Origin: Octopus bimaculoides
Taxonomy: Eukaryota
Assembly (NCBI RefSeq): GCF_001194135.2
Contig: NC_068988.1
Location: 83,285,711-83,349,710, forward strand
Direction: 5' to 3'
Length of the DNA: 64,000 nt
Each line of letters opens with the position of its first letter. Position 1 is the first letter of the stretch. Made by a program: the position numbers and the translations under genes. The notes under the pieces are model-generated. The model was not told the DNA's origin and made no database searches. It saw only the letters and a program-made list of their open reading frames with translations. Below are positions 1 to 12,166 of the stretch, one piece after another.

Positions 1-116
1 ACGCTAGCATGGGTTGGACGATTTGACTGAGGACTGGTGAAACCGGATGGCAACACCAGGCTCCAATCTAATTTGGCAGAGTTTCTACAGCTGGATGCCC
101 TTCCTAACGCCAACCA
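1..116 (-). mobile_element. RTE LINE 3' UTR fragment (family of the element at 9786-10990)
   Basis: Near-identical to 9817-9930 (gctagcatgggttggacgatttgactgaggact...ttcctaacgccaacca). Confidence 0.85.
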
Positions 117-244
117 TGCATATATTATAGCCTCAGGCCAATCAAAGCCTTGTGAGTGGATTTCATACACGAAAGTGAAAGAAGACTGTCGTATATATGT
201 GTATATTTGTGTGTGTGTGTGTGTGTGTGTCTGTCTGTCTGTCT

Positions 245-440
245 GCGTCTGTACCCCCACCATTGCTTCACAACCAATGTTGCTGTGTTTACGCTCTCAT
301 AACCTAGTGGTTCGGCAAAAGACACTGACAGAATAAGTATTAGGCTTACAAAGGATAAATACTGTGGTCGATTTTTTCAACCAAAAGCAGTGCTCCAGCA
401 TGGTTGTAGTCACATGACTGAAACAAGTAAAACAATAAAA
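245..440 (-). mobile_element. Short dispersed repeat (family S4: ttgtttcagtcatttgactgc...atgctggagcac); further copies at about 20710-20825 (-), 35120-35345 (+), 49850-50035 (-)
   Basis: Copies align by eye within the window and end at (CA)n tracts. Confidence 0.75.
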
Positions 441-983
441 AAAACTATGCCATTTTAATCCCGAGCAAGGCTGGGTATCTCTACTAGTATATATATATAA
501 TATATATGTATATGTATTCTCTCTGTTTCTCTTTCTTTCTCTTGCTCTCTCCTTCTGACTTGGTAACCATGTACCTTCTCCACAGCAAAACACCTGTTCC
601 TATCCCTCTGTCACACTCTAACATCTCATCACCTCCAATGCACCCCCTCTCAAAGGATCTTTATTTTGCAAGTTACTTGGTGATCCCGCCAATTCTTGTG
701 TCACATAAAAAAGCATCCAGTCCACGCTGTAAACTGGTTAGCATTTGCAAGGGCATCCAGCTGCAAAAACCATGTCAAAACAGGCAATGAATTTTGGTGC
801 AGTTTTCTACCTAGCCAGGTTCTGTCAAACTGTCCAACCATTGCCAGCACGGTAAACTAATATTAAATGATGATGATGACGACGACGACAATGACGACGA
901 TGACAATGATGATGATGATGATATATATTTATGACTCTTATATGAAATATTGTATTTTCACAGAAATTCCATAGAGTTACAAC

Positions 984-1149
984 ATGCCTGAAGTTTGCTA
1001 CAAAGATTCTGCTGGATGTCAAATACTCAACTATGATTACAATGGATTTTTGGTACCGCCATTTCCAAATATTCAAGAAAATCTTGACAAACTTCCAGAT
1101 ATGCCAGTAAGAGATGATGATGTTTTACTTCTAGGCTATTTTAAAGCTG
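984..1149 (+). CDS. Cytosolic sulfotransferase (Sulfotransfer_1 family), coding exon 1
   Basis: ATG at 984 follows an acceptor (tttcacag, 963), implying an upstream non-coding exon. Encodes MPEVCY...DDDVLLLGYFKAG, the start of the 5'-PSB loop. Donor GTAGGT at 1150, phase 1. Confidence 0.9.
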
Positions 1150-1489
1150 GTAGGTATTCTTTTATCAGTAAGGACATCCCACAATCATACATGTTTCTCT
1201 CTTAGTTCAATTATCTCTGCTATTATCTTAGCTCTCATACCACTTTTTCAATATTTTTCTAATGCTTCTTCTTCCAAAACCCCACTGACACTGACTTTCT
1301 TTTCCATGATCTCCTTTCAGCAACTGATAAACATAACATGAATTCAAATGGATTTTATCCTCATTAACATCATCAACTGTAACAAACCTTACCTAAATTC
1401 AAAATGAAATTTATCTACATAATCCAACTTTAGTTAATATCTAATGTACTTATTTTTTGTATTTCATCTAAGTATTGTTACAGATATGA

Positions 1490-2240
1490 GTTAATGTAGG
1501 TTTAGTTGTTATCTCTAAGAGGGATTTTCTTTAGTTCTGGACGGCGTATTTGTTGCTTATGTATCCTCACTTGTTCACATTGAAAGTTTCTGGTCTGGCT
1601 GATGTAATTTTCCTTACAGCCAGGCAGGTTATGCACTATATAAGATTTGCTGTTTTACAGACCATGACCACATTTCTCTTGAAGGACTGAGTGTTTTTTT
1701 TTTGTTTTTCTTTTTTATCTCAGTGCCAGTTTCTAAGTGGTTGTAATTTTTCACTACTACATATTCCACATCTGCTATCTCCACATGTTTTTACAGAAAG
1801 TTCTAGATTATTTTCTGAAGAGAATGTTGGCTTGTGATGTATTTCTCGAGGCTTTTTCGTTGATGCTTTCTGTTGATGATTGAGTTTATGAGGATTAAGT
1901 CCATTATTTTTGTGCTTTGGAAAAAACTGGAAGGTTTGTTTTGATGGAAGTGAATACATCTGACACTACTGGGCCATACCTGTGAATAAACAAGAGCATA
2001 TTCTCTTCAAAGTTTTGTTTTGGTGTCCTGAGTTAAGATATTTCTAATTCATTTGCTTTTTTAATCCTGCTGTCTATTAATTTCAGAGAATAATTTTGCA
2101 GTTTTAGAAATCCTCTTAGTTGTTCCAGTCACATTTTCGTCATTCTGGATTGACCACTATTAGGCCATGCTTTATGGTATACTTTTAATATGTAATGTAT
2201 GGCATGAGTAAAAATTCAAATATTAATGTGTATCGTATCT
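1490..2240 (-). mobile_element. Decayed Penelope-like element (RT C-terminus plus GIY-YIG endonuclease)
   Basis: Minus-strand translation with stops and frameshifts gives FYSCHTLHIKSIP*S, VKTCGDSRCGIC and ANLI*CITC-GCKENYISQT...RIHKQQI, matching the PLE SCHP..K.SIPYS, CxxC and GIY-YIG motifs. Confidence 0.8.
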
Positions 2241-2410
2241 TTTTCTCTCTTTTATTGTTTTGTTTCTTTTTTTTATAAAGAATATGTAATTTGTGATCCT
2301 AGTATTTGATAATTTTATGAGGATGTCCAAGAATGGTAGTCCTTTGCTGCTAGCTTCCATTGAGGAATTTCAACCATGTTTCGTGGTCTGCTACCACAAC
2401 AGCTCCTTTA

Positions 2411-2800
2411 TAGGATCCAGTTAGCTCAAGACATCATCAGGAGGAACCACGTCCGGTTTCGGCCCCTACTCCTCTACCGTTTTGACGTGGCGGGGCCCCT
2501 CCTTTCGGCGGTGTCTTCAGCTCTGGTGTTGGGTGCATGTCTTCTTTCACTGTTTGTGACTGTTCTAATTCAACTGTGGAATGTCCCTCGCTATGGTTAT
2601 TTTCCAGGAGGTTCTGGCCACACGTCTTACGGTTCATCAACCCGCGCTGTTGAATTACTTTCTTCTGGCATACCTTCCCTCGGTGGATTAGGATCCAGTT
2701 AGCTCAAGACATCATCAGGAGGAACCACGTCCGGTTTCGGCCCCTACTCCTCTACTGTTTTGACGTGGCGCCCCCCCCCCTTTCGGAGGTGTCTTCAGCT
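2411..2800. repeat. GC-rich direct repeat: 112 bp units at 2411-2522 and 2689-2800 (period 278)
   Basis: taggatccagttagctcaagacatcatcagg...gtgtcttcagct occurs twice with few differences. Confidence 0.9.
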
Positions 2801-3125
2801 TTAATTCTTTTATTTTGTTGTAGTCTCTGAGTTTTCTATTTGTTCTGTATCTTCTATTTCATCTTCCTCCATCTCCTTTTATTCATATTAATCCTTCAGC
2901 ATTGCCTTAGGAAATTTTAGACATTTTATATCTATATAGACAAGATACCTACATTACTTCTGATTGATTTTTCTATTATCAATATATTTCACTGTACCCT
3001 ACCAAAATCCTGTATTCCTAAACATACATACGTACGCACGCGTGCGTGCACACACACACACTCACACACACACACACATGCACATGCACACACACACGCA
3101 TACACACACACACACTCACATAGAT

Positions 3126-3349
3126 TTAGTAGTGCTCAAATGATTCAAACTCAAACTCTGATGTCTTTACAGGGGATCAATTCCACAGGGTAAAAAATGG
3201 CTATAAGAAGGATCAAGATGAGCAGATACAGAGGCAATTGCCTCCACATCTGCTCAACTTGATCCTTCTTATAGCCATTCTTTACCCTGTGGAATTGATC
3301 CCCTGTAAAGACATCAGAGTTTAAGTATGAATCATTTGAGCACTGCTAA
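3126..3349. repeat. 224-bp near-perfect palindrome in sulfotransferase intron 1
   Basis: 112-bp arms with 8 mismatches, centred on GAGGCAATTGCCTC with no spacer. Confidence 0.95.
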
Positions 3350-3424
3350 GTGTCTTCTATAATGAGAACCCCTGGATCTCACTTGTTGACTTTACATACA
3401 CACACATGCATACATACATACATG

Positions 3425-4560
3425 GTGATTGCTCCCTCATCAGAAATGATTGCTGTCTCTTTGTGCTTCTTCGTTGTCAATAGTGTTTCTGACTTGCCAT
3501 CCACGACCTCTCATTTGACTATTCAGTTCCATTGCAGATCTGCATGGTTTAGAGCATAGATGACAGACAAAAGTTGTAACTTACTGTGTGCTTTCAACTA
3601 ATTAGGTTTGTACATGTTGTCACATTTCCATTGCCACAGGACTTTCAGAAGATGGAATGATGAATGGGATTACCATAAACAAATATCTGTATGTCATTGA
3701 TGTTAGTGATAAAGCTTATACAACACAAGTACAACTCCCTAGTGACAGGTCAAAATGAGATGACCACTAATCACATGAAGCCACAGGTTTTACATCAGAG
3801 TGTCCTTCTCCTAGAAGGATGCAGTGACAACAGCTAGGGATCCCTCACTCCCAGTGTTTTTATTGCATACCCTGACACCAACTAAGGGTATTTCTGCATC
3901 CCTTCACTCAGATGGATTGTCATCACATGAGCTAGTTAACTCATAGCTGGGACCTTCACAGGGGCTCCTACTCTGGGTTAGAGTAGACCTGGGAACAATA
4001 GTGGCTAAGATGTGGCTTCAAACTTTCCAAAACCCTGGAACTTTTGAACCAGAGCCCCACCACACTACCAGATGCAGGACATGCTTGCATGAATGCATCT
4101 ATTCGTCCATCATCCATGTGTGCATGCATATGTATATACATATGTGCATACATCTTCACAGATGATTGCTGTCTCTTTGTGCTTCCTTGTTGTCAATGGC
4201 ATTTCTGACTTACTGTCCATGATCTCTCAGATGACAATTCAGTCCTGCTGTAGATGTGCATGGTTTGAAACACAGATGACAGATTAAAGGTGTAAATTAC
4301 TGCATGCTTTCAACTAGTTAGGTCTGCACTTGTCACACTCTCCCATTGCCATTGAATTTTCAATAGATGAAATGACAAATGAGATCACCATAAAGTGACA
4401 TCTGTGTGTCATTAGATTTTAGTGATAAACTATTGTAACTTAGGAGTACCATTCTCTGAGTCTCTGTGATTAGTAGTTAGTGACAGGCCAAAGCGAGTTA
4501 ACCAGTAACCACATGAAATCACAGGTTTTACATCAAAGTGTCCCTCTCCCAGAAGGACGC
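3425..4560 (-). mobile_element. Two diverged tandem LINE 3'-end fragments (about 3425-3830 and 4150-4560), RTE-like with C2H2 finger
   Basis: The two segments align with each other. Minus frames give FVCHLCSKPCRSAMELNSQMR and ICHLCFKPCTSTAGLNCHLRDH. Confidence 0.6.
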
Positions 4561-4646
4561 TCTGATTTTTCCTTCTCTTTCTTTCACCTGTAACAACTAA
4601 CTTGTATAAGCATATGCCAGGAGATTTTATGTGTGTGCATGTATGC

Positions 4647-4703
<57 letters not shown>

Positions 4704-5273
4704 TTGCCTATATATGTCTGTATATGTATGTTGCTATGTACATGTGTCTGTATGTTTTAGTGCATATATGTATATTATAGATGGTTTGGTATGTGCATAT
4801 ACTGCTAAATGTATATGTAATCCAACGTGAAAATGTTTTTTAAATGGATATAACTTTTAATGTATTAATTGATTAATATTTTACAAATAATTATTTACCC
4901 TGGGTATTTAGACTCTGTCCTTCTTTATAAGTTATTTTTGTCTTAAGATTTTCTTCGATTTTATAATAAGATGATTTTATACCAAAATTTGTTCATTGCA
5001 TGCAACTGGTCATTGTAAAGACCATTAGTTGAAAGGACCAATGAAACAAAACCATTTTCAAATCTGTATCCATTAAACTAATTGTATATGTTTGCTTATA
5101 ACCTTATTTTTATTCCATTCTAAATAAAACTATCCGACGAACGGGAATGTGAAACAGTTTTTGTGATATTTTTTCTGCTTTTTAATAATACATACATACA
5201 TATATATGTGTGTGTTTGTATATATATAAAAATATATATATATATATATCGTAATATAACTGAGATGTTGATA

Positions 5274-5494
5274 TACAAGAGAGTGCTGAACAGTTCCTTG
5301 CTCTCATGGTATTGCAAAAGGCCTGATTGGAGGCCCAACCTTCTGAGTTCTTTTATAGGACTTAGAAAAACTGAAGGATTGCTACAATAAGTGTGTGAAT
5401 CTGAGAGAGGAATATGTTGAATAAAATCATAATTTACTAATACTCCTATATTTTATTTTACCCAAACACAAGAACTTTTCGCCACCCCCTTGTA
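5274..5494 (+). mobile_element. Mariner-derived MITE
   Basis: TA flanks. TIRs CAAGAGAGTGCTGAACAGTTCC and (reverse complement) CAAGGGGGTGGCGAAAAGTTCT. Internal remnant LEKLKDCYNKCVNLREEYVE* resembles the mariner transposase C-terminus. Confidence 0.8.
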
Positions 5495-5538
5495 TGATTT
5501 GATGTTCCACCCTTGAGATTTCAATCTTTCCAACATAG

Positions 5539-5862
5539 GTTGCCACTGGATGTGGGAAATTACTGGAATGTTAGTTAATGGTTCTGCCGAATATAACCCA
5601 GAAAGCAAGATGGTTGCAATGATGGAATATTCGAGCCAAGACCAGCTAGACCAGCTTCCATCACCCAGAGTTCTAAACAACCACCTGCTCTTGCATCATT
5701 TACCAAAAGAGATATTTACCAAAAAATCTAAAATGATTTTCATGACACGCAACCCTCGTGATATTGCTGCCTCTGCCCACCATCACACATTTCAGCTTAA
5801 GGAACTACATCAATATGATGGAGACTGGAATGGCTTCTTTGAATTGTTTTTTGAAGGGAAAT
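5539..5862 (+). CDS. Sulfotransferase exon 2
   Basis: Acceptor caacatag (AG 5537-5538). Phase-1 join gives KAG-CHWMWEI. Contains PRVLNNHL (catalytic His) and RNPRDIAAS (3'-PB motif). Donor GTGAGT at 5863. Confidence 0.93.
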
Positions 5863-6799
5863 GTGAGTATAATCTTTTGCTCAGTCATTTTAAAAAATTT
5901 TTTCTGAAGATAAGTTTATTTTGTAAATCATCATCATCACCACAGCTACCACTCTCATCATCATCATCTCATTGTCATTTATATCACTTCCTGTAGATTT
6001 CTGTTCTTCATTTGTGATAAGCTGACAAATTATCTTAGTTATCTTTAACATACACATGTGACACAAAACTTTACTTTTAGCTCTATCAACAGCCTCAAAT
6101 TCATCCATCAACCTAGATAGGGTTATAGCAATGTCACTGTTACACACACACACACAAACACACACACACAATTACATGCACACACATTCACACACATATT
6201 TACACGGAAATAAATAAAAGTACAATAAAACAATACTTAAAACAAAAGTTGAAGAAATACTGAAAGATTTTCTGGTTAATTTGAGTTCAGTACAACACCC
6301 ACCCATTCACCTAACCATTTCTCAAATTGTATTTGAGTGCAACCAAATATACAAATAAGCATTTTTTAAGGTATTTGATGCTGAAAGACAACAATTTCTT
6401 GAGAGCATTGCTTTTTCAGTCTGAAATGACGTCTAAATTTTAATTTTACTAGAAATTTTTCTTTTGCATCCTGTTTCAGTTCTGAATTATGATTGTGTCA
6501 TTTAACTCCTTCAGTGAGTTGTGGTATTAGTGATGTGTAATTTTGATGTATAACTATTTGATTTTCAAAGAACAAGGAATTCTAGTTTATCTTCATCTAC
6601 ATTTTCTTGAGGAGAGACTTCATAGCTGTTTAGAAAAAATTGTTTCTCCTCACGTGTTTTTATTGTTTTATGTCAAGACCATTTTACAATTTTTTTTCTC
6701 CTTTTTCTCTTCATATTTTCATCTGTAATTATTTCTTCATCATCACATGATGAAGATGCTGTATGACAGGTTGGTACCATCAAATGATGAGGTATTTTT

Positions 6800-7760
6800 T
6801 CATCTGTTTTTGGTCCTCTAGAAACTAAGGTTTGTTATTTTTATTTTTTACGCTGTTGTTGCTGATTTTCGTTATTTATGATGTCCTCTTTTTTGTTTTT
6901 GCTTAGTCTTCCCAGTTCTTCAGAGCTTTTTACTCTAACAATTATATAACTTGGCTTTCTACCCTGTATCATTAATATCACACCCTTTGTCTCAGCACCT
7001 TCTACTGGACATAGCTCTGGTATGTTTCTGTGACTTTCAAGGAACATTAGGACTTGCAAATTCCTTTTGATGTCCCCTGACAACATCTCGCCTTTGTTAG
7101 CTGATTTTGACCTCTTATCCTTACTGCAATACAAAATCAGGGCTAGCCACAGATCTAAGTTCTTTCCATCGTCTCTTATTGTGACTCTTGTATTTGTTTG
7201 ACCTATATACTGTGGTATAAATGTTTTTTTTAAACTTAAGCCTGTGTTTTGGCTGTGTTTTTAGGTTTAAATGCACCACAAAAGTGCCATAGCTTTTATT
7301 TGTTTTTTGTTTTTTTAGTTGAGAGAATTTCTCCTGATATGCCCTGAAGAGCTTGTTGTACTGCACAATGTGAGGGAAAACTTAAGTTTTCTCTCACCCT
7401 TTTTGTAGGCAGCTATATCTATTGTTTGTCTTTAACATTTCCTTGATTTTATACCATAGGAATAAATTGCTGCTGGTTTTTACAAAATTCTCCCACCTAC
7501 AACATCAATAATTTTCGTTTGTTACTTATTGCCATGTTGGAATAATTGTAACACTACTTTTTTTGCTTCCATTGTCTTCTCTTTATTGGAGCAACAGTGC
7601 TATCTGGAAGGGCTCCACACTTCTCCAATTTCATTTGTATTGTAGTTGACATAATGGTTGTAGATCCTTTGAATCTCTGATAATGCAATAGAAAAGAAAA
7701 AAAACCAAAGCCATGACATGCAGGTGAACACAATCTGGTTGCAAATATCATGATTTTACT
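6800..7760 (-). mobile_element. Highly decayed retroelement, possibly Penelope-like
   Basis: Minus frames give FSIALSEIQRI and VYR-PN, resembling PLE RT C-terminal/linker motifs. Many stops. Confidence 0.4.
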
Positions 7761-9785
7761 AATTGCTTTAGGTGCCAAAGTGATCATGAGAAGACACAGA
7801 CACTTTCACAGTCCTCTCACCCTTGGCTCAGTAGAACAGCCAGGACAGGACAGCTGGAGGGGTGACTCATTTTGAGCTGAATAGACTGGAGCAATGTAAA
7901 ATAAAGTGCTACCCATTCCAGGAATCAATTTTATGTTCATAAGCCCAACACTCTAATCACCAGGCCACAACTGCACTTACCAACACATTTAGATTTTAAT
8001 TTTTTATCTCATAATGAAGCTTCTTGAATGTGTTAGTTTACAACTGGACAACCATTCACTCAAGAGTTAAACTCTTCTCTGTTTAGATGTATTATTATGT
8101 CTTTGATTTTCTCTAACAGAATCAGTTCAGATAATGGAATGTATCCGGACCTAACATTGGTGAATTGTTATGATTATGCTCTCCTCTTTTAGACCAGCTT
8201 CTTTTCTAAATACTTACCTTTTCTCTTTTGATTTACATTACATTGATCTGTTGTTATAATTTCTTCTTTCTTTGAGGTCAGTCTGGATATTTAGGATTGA
8301 AAACATCCCAAATTCTTTGTCACCCTTGTCTTCGATATTTTCTGGTCTTGTAGGGTAACTACTTTATACTGGTCAACAATCAACAAGTCAATTATTTTTA
8401 TCTCTGCCACCATTCTTATTTCTTATTTCTAAATCAGTCATAAATGAATGTAATTTGAATGTCGATCCACACACTTTATACATGCCAAAGGATGACACAT
8501 AAGGTTACTCAGTTTCAGGAATGTTAAATTCATTTCTCTATAGAACAATAACTCTATATAAATACATAATTTACATATATTCCAACCAATCAAATCTATT
8601 TCTTTAATGATATGTATTAGTGTTAAAGATGTTTGGCTTATCTCTTTTGATATGCTTCAATTCTTTTAACTGTTCTTCAATTATCAATAGCTAAAACAGA
8701 TTCCTGTCTCAATGATCGTCATGTTATGTTACTATTTATTCCATAAAACATCATCTATATATTCATATTGTATTTATGTTCCACCCATTCTGAGATATTT
8801 TGATATATGGACTTTGATTCAAGTTCATATATCAATTACATACATTGAAATAGTAAAAACATAATTATCCAGTGTACAATTAAAATGGATTTGGATCTGA
8901 TGTTTCTATGCAGAGCTGGTCTTCTAAAGAATGGGTGGCAGGTGGTGATACGACTGCTTTTTATAGTGGTCACTTGTGATATAATTGGACTCCTACCAGA
9001 TGTATAAGCAACCGCAGACCTAACAGTGGTATGCTACTGGGGAAGATGGACCAATGGGTATCATTGTTGGCTAAAATGAAACGAAAAGAAGAAAGATTTT
9101 TAGAGAATAGCATTAGTTTGTCTTCTCCAGTCCATAAGTTGGACACCTTTATATCAGCAATTAAAAGAGAGGCATCTTCCACTCAGTTCCATTTAATATT
9201 GAAAAAAATAAAACCCTCCTTCAATTTCTAGGTATAAACCAAAAAAGATGTGGAGAAAAGCATCCATTACACTCTTTGAGTGGTTGGTGTTACGAAGGGC
9301 ATCCAGCCATAGAAACCATGCCAAATCAGATGGGACCTGGTGCAGCTCTCCAGCTTACCAGTTTCAGTCAAAACCATTTAACCCATGAAAAGCAGACACT
9401 AAATAATAATGAATATTCATGAAAATAAAGCTAATTTTTAGATGCATTGTTAGTGAGACTGACATAAACTTTAAAGTTTAGACAAGTTTGAAGATGTAAT
9501 GTTATGTACAAAGTGAAATGTAACAGAATGAGTCAGTTTAACTTTCTTTTTTAATTATTTTTAAAGGTACATGGGTATAAACGCTCAAAGAGAAATCCTT
9601 TTTTTTAGGTTAGAAAAGAAAAATGTTGGCAAGAAACAGACTGAAAGGAGAATTATCCCAACACAGTCTATGCTATCTTTTGTTCTATTAATTTTAAAAA
9701 CATATTGAAATTTTTTGCAATATACACTATGAGCTACAGCAGTGTAACAGTAGTGAGAATGATCTTTAAAAAACTCATTTTTAAA

Positions 9786-10990
9786 ATCATCATCATCATT
9801 TAACGTCTGCTTTCCATGCTAGCATGGGTTGGACGATTTGACTGAGGACTAGCAAGCCAGAAGGCTGCACCAGGCTCCAATCTGATCTGGCAGAGTTTCT
9901 ACAGCTGGATGCCCTTCTTAACGCCAACCACTCCAAGAATGTAGTGGGTGCTTTTACGTGCCACCGGCACGAGGGCCAGTCACACGGTACTGGCAATGGC
10001 CACGCTCAAAAAGGTGTTTTTTACGTGCCACCTGCACGGGAGCCAGTCCAGCGGAACTGGCAACGACCTCGCTTGGATGATTTTCTAACATGCCACTAGC
10101 ATAAGTGCTAGAAGGTGACGCTGGTAACGATTACGCTCAAATGGTGCTATTTACAGGCCACTAGCATGGGAGCCACACAGCTGCTCTGGCAATGAACACG
10201 TTCAGACAGTGCTGTTTGTGCTCCACTGGCTTAGGTGCCAGTCATCGAGTATGGTTCAATTACGATTTCACTTGCCCCAACAGGTCTTTGCAAGCAAAGT
10301 TTAGTGTCCAATGAAGGAGAGGTTGGCATGGGTGCAAGTCGGATTTGGTTCGATTTCGATTTCAGATTTCAAATTTCAAATTCCAAATTCACTTGCCTCA
10401 ACAGATCTTCGCAAGCAGGGTTTTTAGTGTCCAATGAAGTAAAGATATGAATAAGTGAGCTGGCTACACTTCTGGCAGAGGTCACAGATTATGCTCTCAC
10501 TTGCCTTGCCGGGTCTTCTCACGTACTGCATATTTCCAAAGGTCCTGGTCACTAGTCATTGCCTCGGTGAGGCCTAAAGTTCAAAGGTCGTGCTTCACCA
10601 CTTCATCCCAGGTCTTCCTGGGTCTACCTCTTCCACAGGTTCCATCAAATGCTAGGGTGTGACACTTTTTTACACAGTTATCCTCATCCATTCTTGCCAC
10701 ATGTCCATACCAGTGCAATCGTCTCTCTTGCACACCACAACTGATGCTTCTTAGGTCTAACTTTTCTCTCAAGGTACTTACACTCTTTCGAGTATGCACA
10801 CTGACATTACACATCCATTGGAGCATNNNNNNNNNNACACTCTTTCGAGTATGCACACTGACATTACACATCCATTGGAGCATACTGGCTTCATTTCTTG
10901 CAAGCTTACACATGTCCTCAGCAGTCACGGCCCATGTTTCACTGCCATGTAGCATGGCTGTTCGTACACATGCGTCATACAGTCTGCCTG
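9786..10990 (-). mobile_element. 5'-truncated RTE-clade LINE: ORF C-terminus, about 700 bp 3' UTR, (GAT)n tail
   Basis: LHGSETW...RRLHWYGHVARM...RGRPRKTW is typical of the RTE C-terminus. The frame reads through a premature TGA to EKTRQGK* (about 10497). Tail at 9786-9799. Confidence 0.88.
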
Positions 10991-11690
10991 AAATGATAAT
11001 TATTGATAACACATTTAGGGAGATTAGAAATTCATTAGGTTTATAATTTTTGTAATATAAACCATTATAAAGGTTGAGTGTCAAATTCAGGAAATTTAAT
11101 TGATCCTGTCAGATGTGGTAGATTCTGGTTTATTTGTTTTAATCTTTAGTTAATGCATCAAGGACAAATATGATTCTTTGTCAAGATGGTACAAATTAAC
11201 TGTCTTATTTGATTGTATATGAATAGCCTTAGAATTCTATATATTTTTGGTCTTGTTGTGTAGATCTTGGTGAAAAGGACTGTTTCCCTCCAAACTTAAT
11301 GTTTAATGAAGTCAGCGACTTTCTGTAATAAACTTGTCAGTTTGGAATGACAATAGTTTTCATGGAAATATCTAAATATTGTTTCTGCATAGTTGAGACA
11401 TAGTCAAAAGGACACAATTCTAATTCATTCACTCAAGAAAAGGAGTGAATGAATTATAATGACTGGTTCATGAATTATATCTGAGAAGAGTGTGACTAAA
11501 ATAAAAAAAGGAGCAATATTAGAAAGAGTTGATATATTGGTAAAGAAAAGTCAGTTTATATAAAATAGGAATAAAGGGTTGATAAAATTTAAAAAGAAGA
11601 AGCAAAATATAAAGACATACAGGCACAGATAATATATTCATACAGAAACAGATTAACTTGTACACTAACAGGCAAATACACAGAAATACT

Positions 11691-12166
11691 GAACCAAATT
11701 CGATGACTGGCACCTGTGCCAGTGGAGCACTAACAGCACCGTCCGAGCATGATCATTGCCAGAGCAGCTGTCTGGCTTCCGTGCTGGTGGCATGTAAATA
11801 GCACCATTTGAGTGTGATCGTTACCAGTGTCACCTTACTGGCTCCTGTGCCGGTGGTACGTGAAAAAACATTTAAGCGAGGTCATTGCCAGTGCCACTGG
11901 ACTGGCTCCTGTGCAGGTGGCACGTAAAATACACTATTTTGAGCATGGCCGTTGCCAGTACCACCTGACTGGCCCTTGTGCCGGTGGCACGTAAAAGTAC
12001 CCACTACACTCTCAGAGTGGTTGGCGTTAGGAAGGGCATCCAGCTGTAGAAACTCTGCCAAATCAGATTGGAGCCTGTTGTAACCATCTGGTTTCACCAG
12101 TCTTCAGTCAAATCGTCCAACCCATGCTAGCATGGAAAGCGGACGTTAAACGATGATGATGATGAT
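11691..12166 (+). mobile_element. RTE 3' UTR copy with (GAT)n tail; further copies at 20411-20625 (+), 27976-28075 (-), 29883-30183 (+), 38314-38665 (+), 61601-61645 (-), 62475-62670 (-)
   Basis: Shared 3' end ccatgctagcatggaaagcggacgttaaacgatgatgat and the same internal modules as 9786-10496. Confidence 0.88.

Noticed and set aside
24-50. CTGAGGA CTGGT GAAAC in the RTE tail looks like a hammerhead core
   Set aside because: Only 5 nt between the core boxes, which cannot form stem II; no stems I or III.
2365-2455. Minus-strand hammerhead-like words (CTGTTG TGGT-agcag-ACCA C GAAAC; GAAAC...CTGATGA)
   Set aside because: The core is defective in the first case and no stem I hairpin exists in the second. 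Kept only as context for the direct repeat.
8940-9230. Overlapping short ORFs on both strands in SULT intron 2
   Set aside because: No recognisable motif or splice support; probably a decayed repeat.
9950-10230. Regularly spaced short repeats reminiscent of a CRISPR array
   Set aside because: Eukaryotic context, intervening sequences are themselves repeated, no cas genes; these are RTE 3' UTR modules.
10780-10883. 47-bp direct repeat flanking a 10-N gap
   Set aside because: Typical unmerged contig overlap; an assembly artefact rather than a biological duplication.
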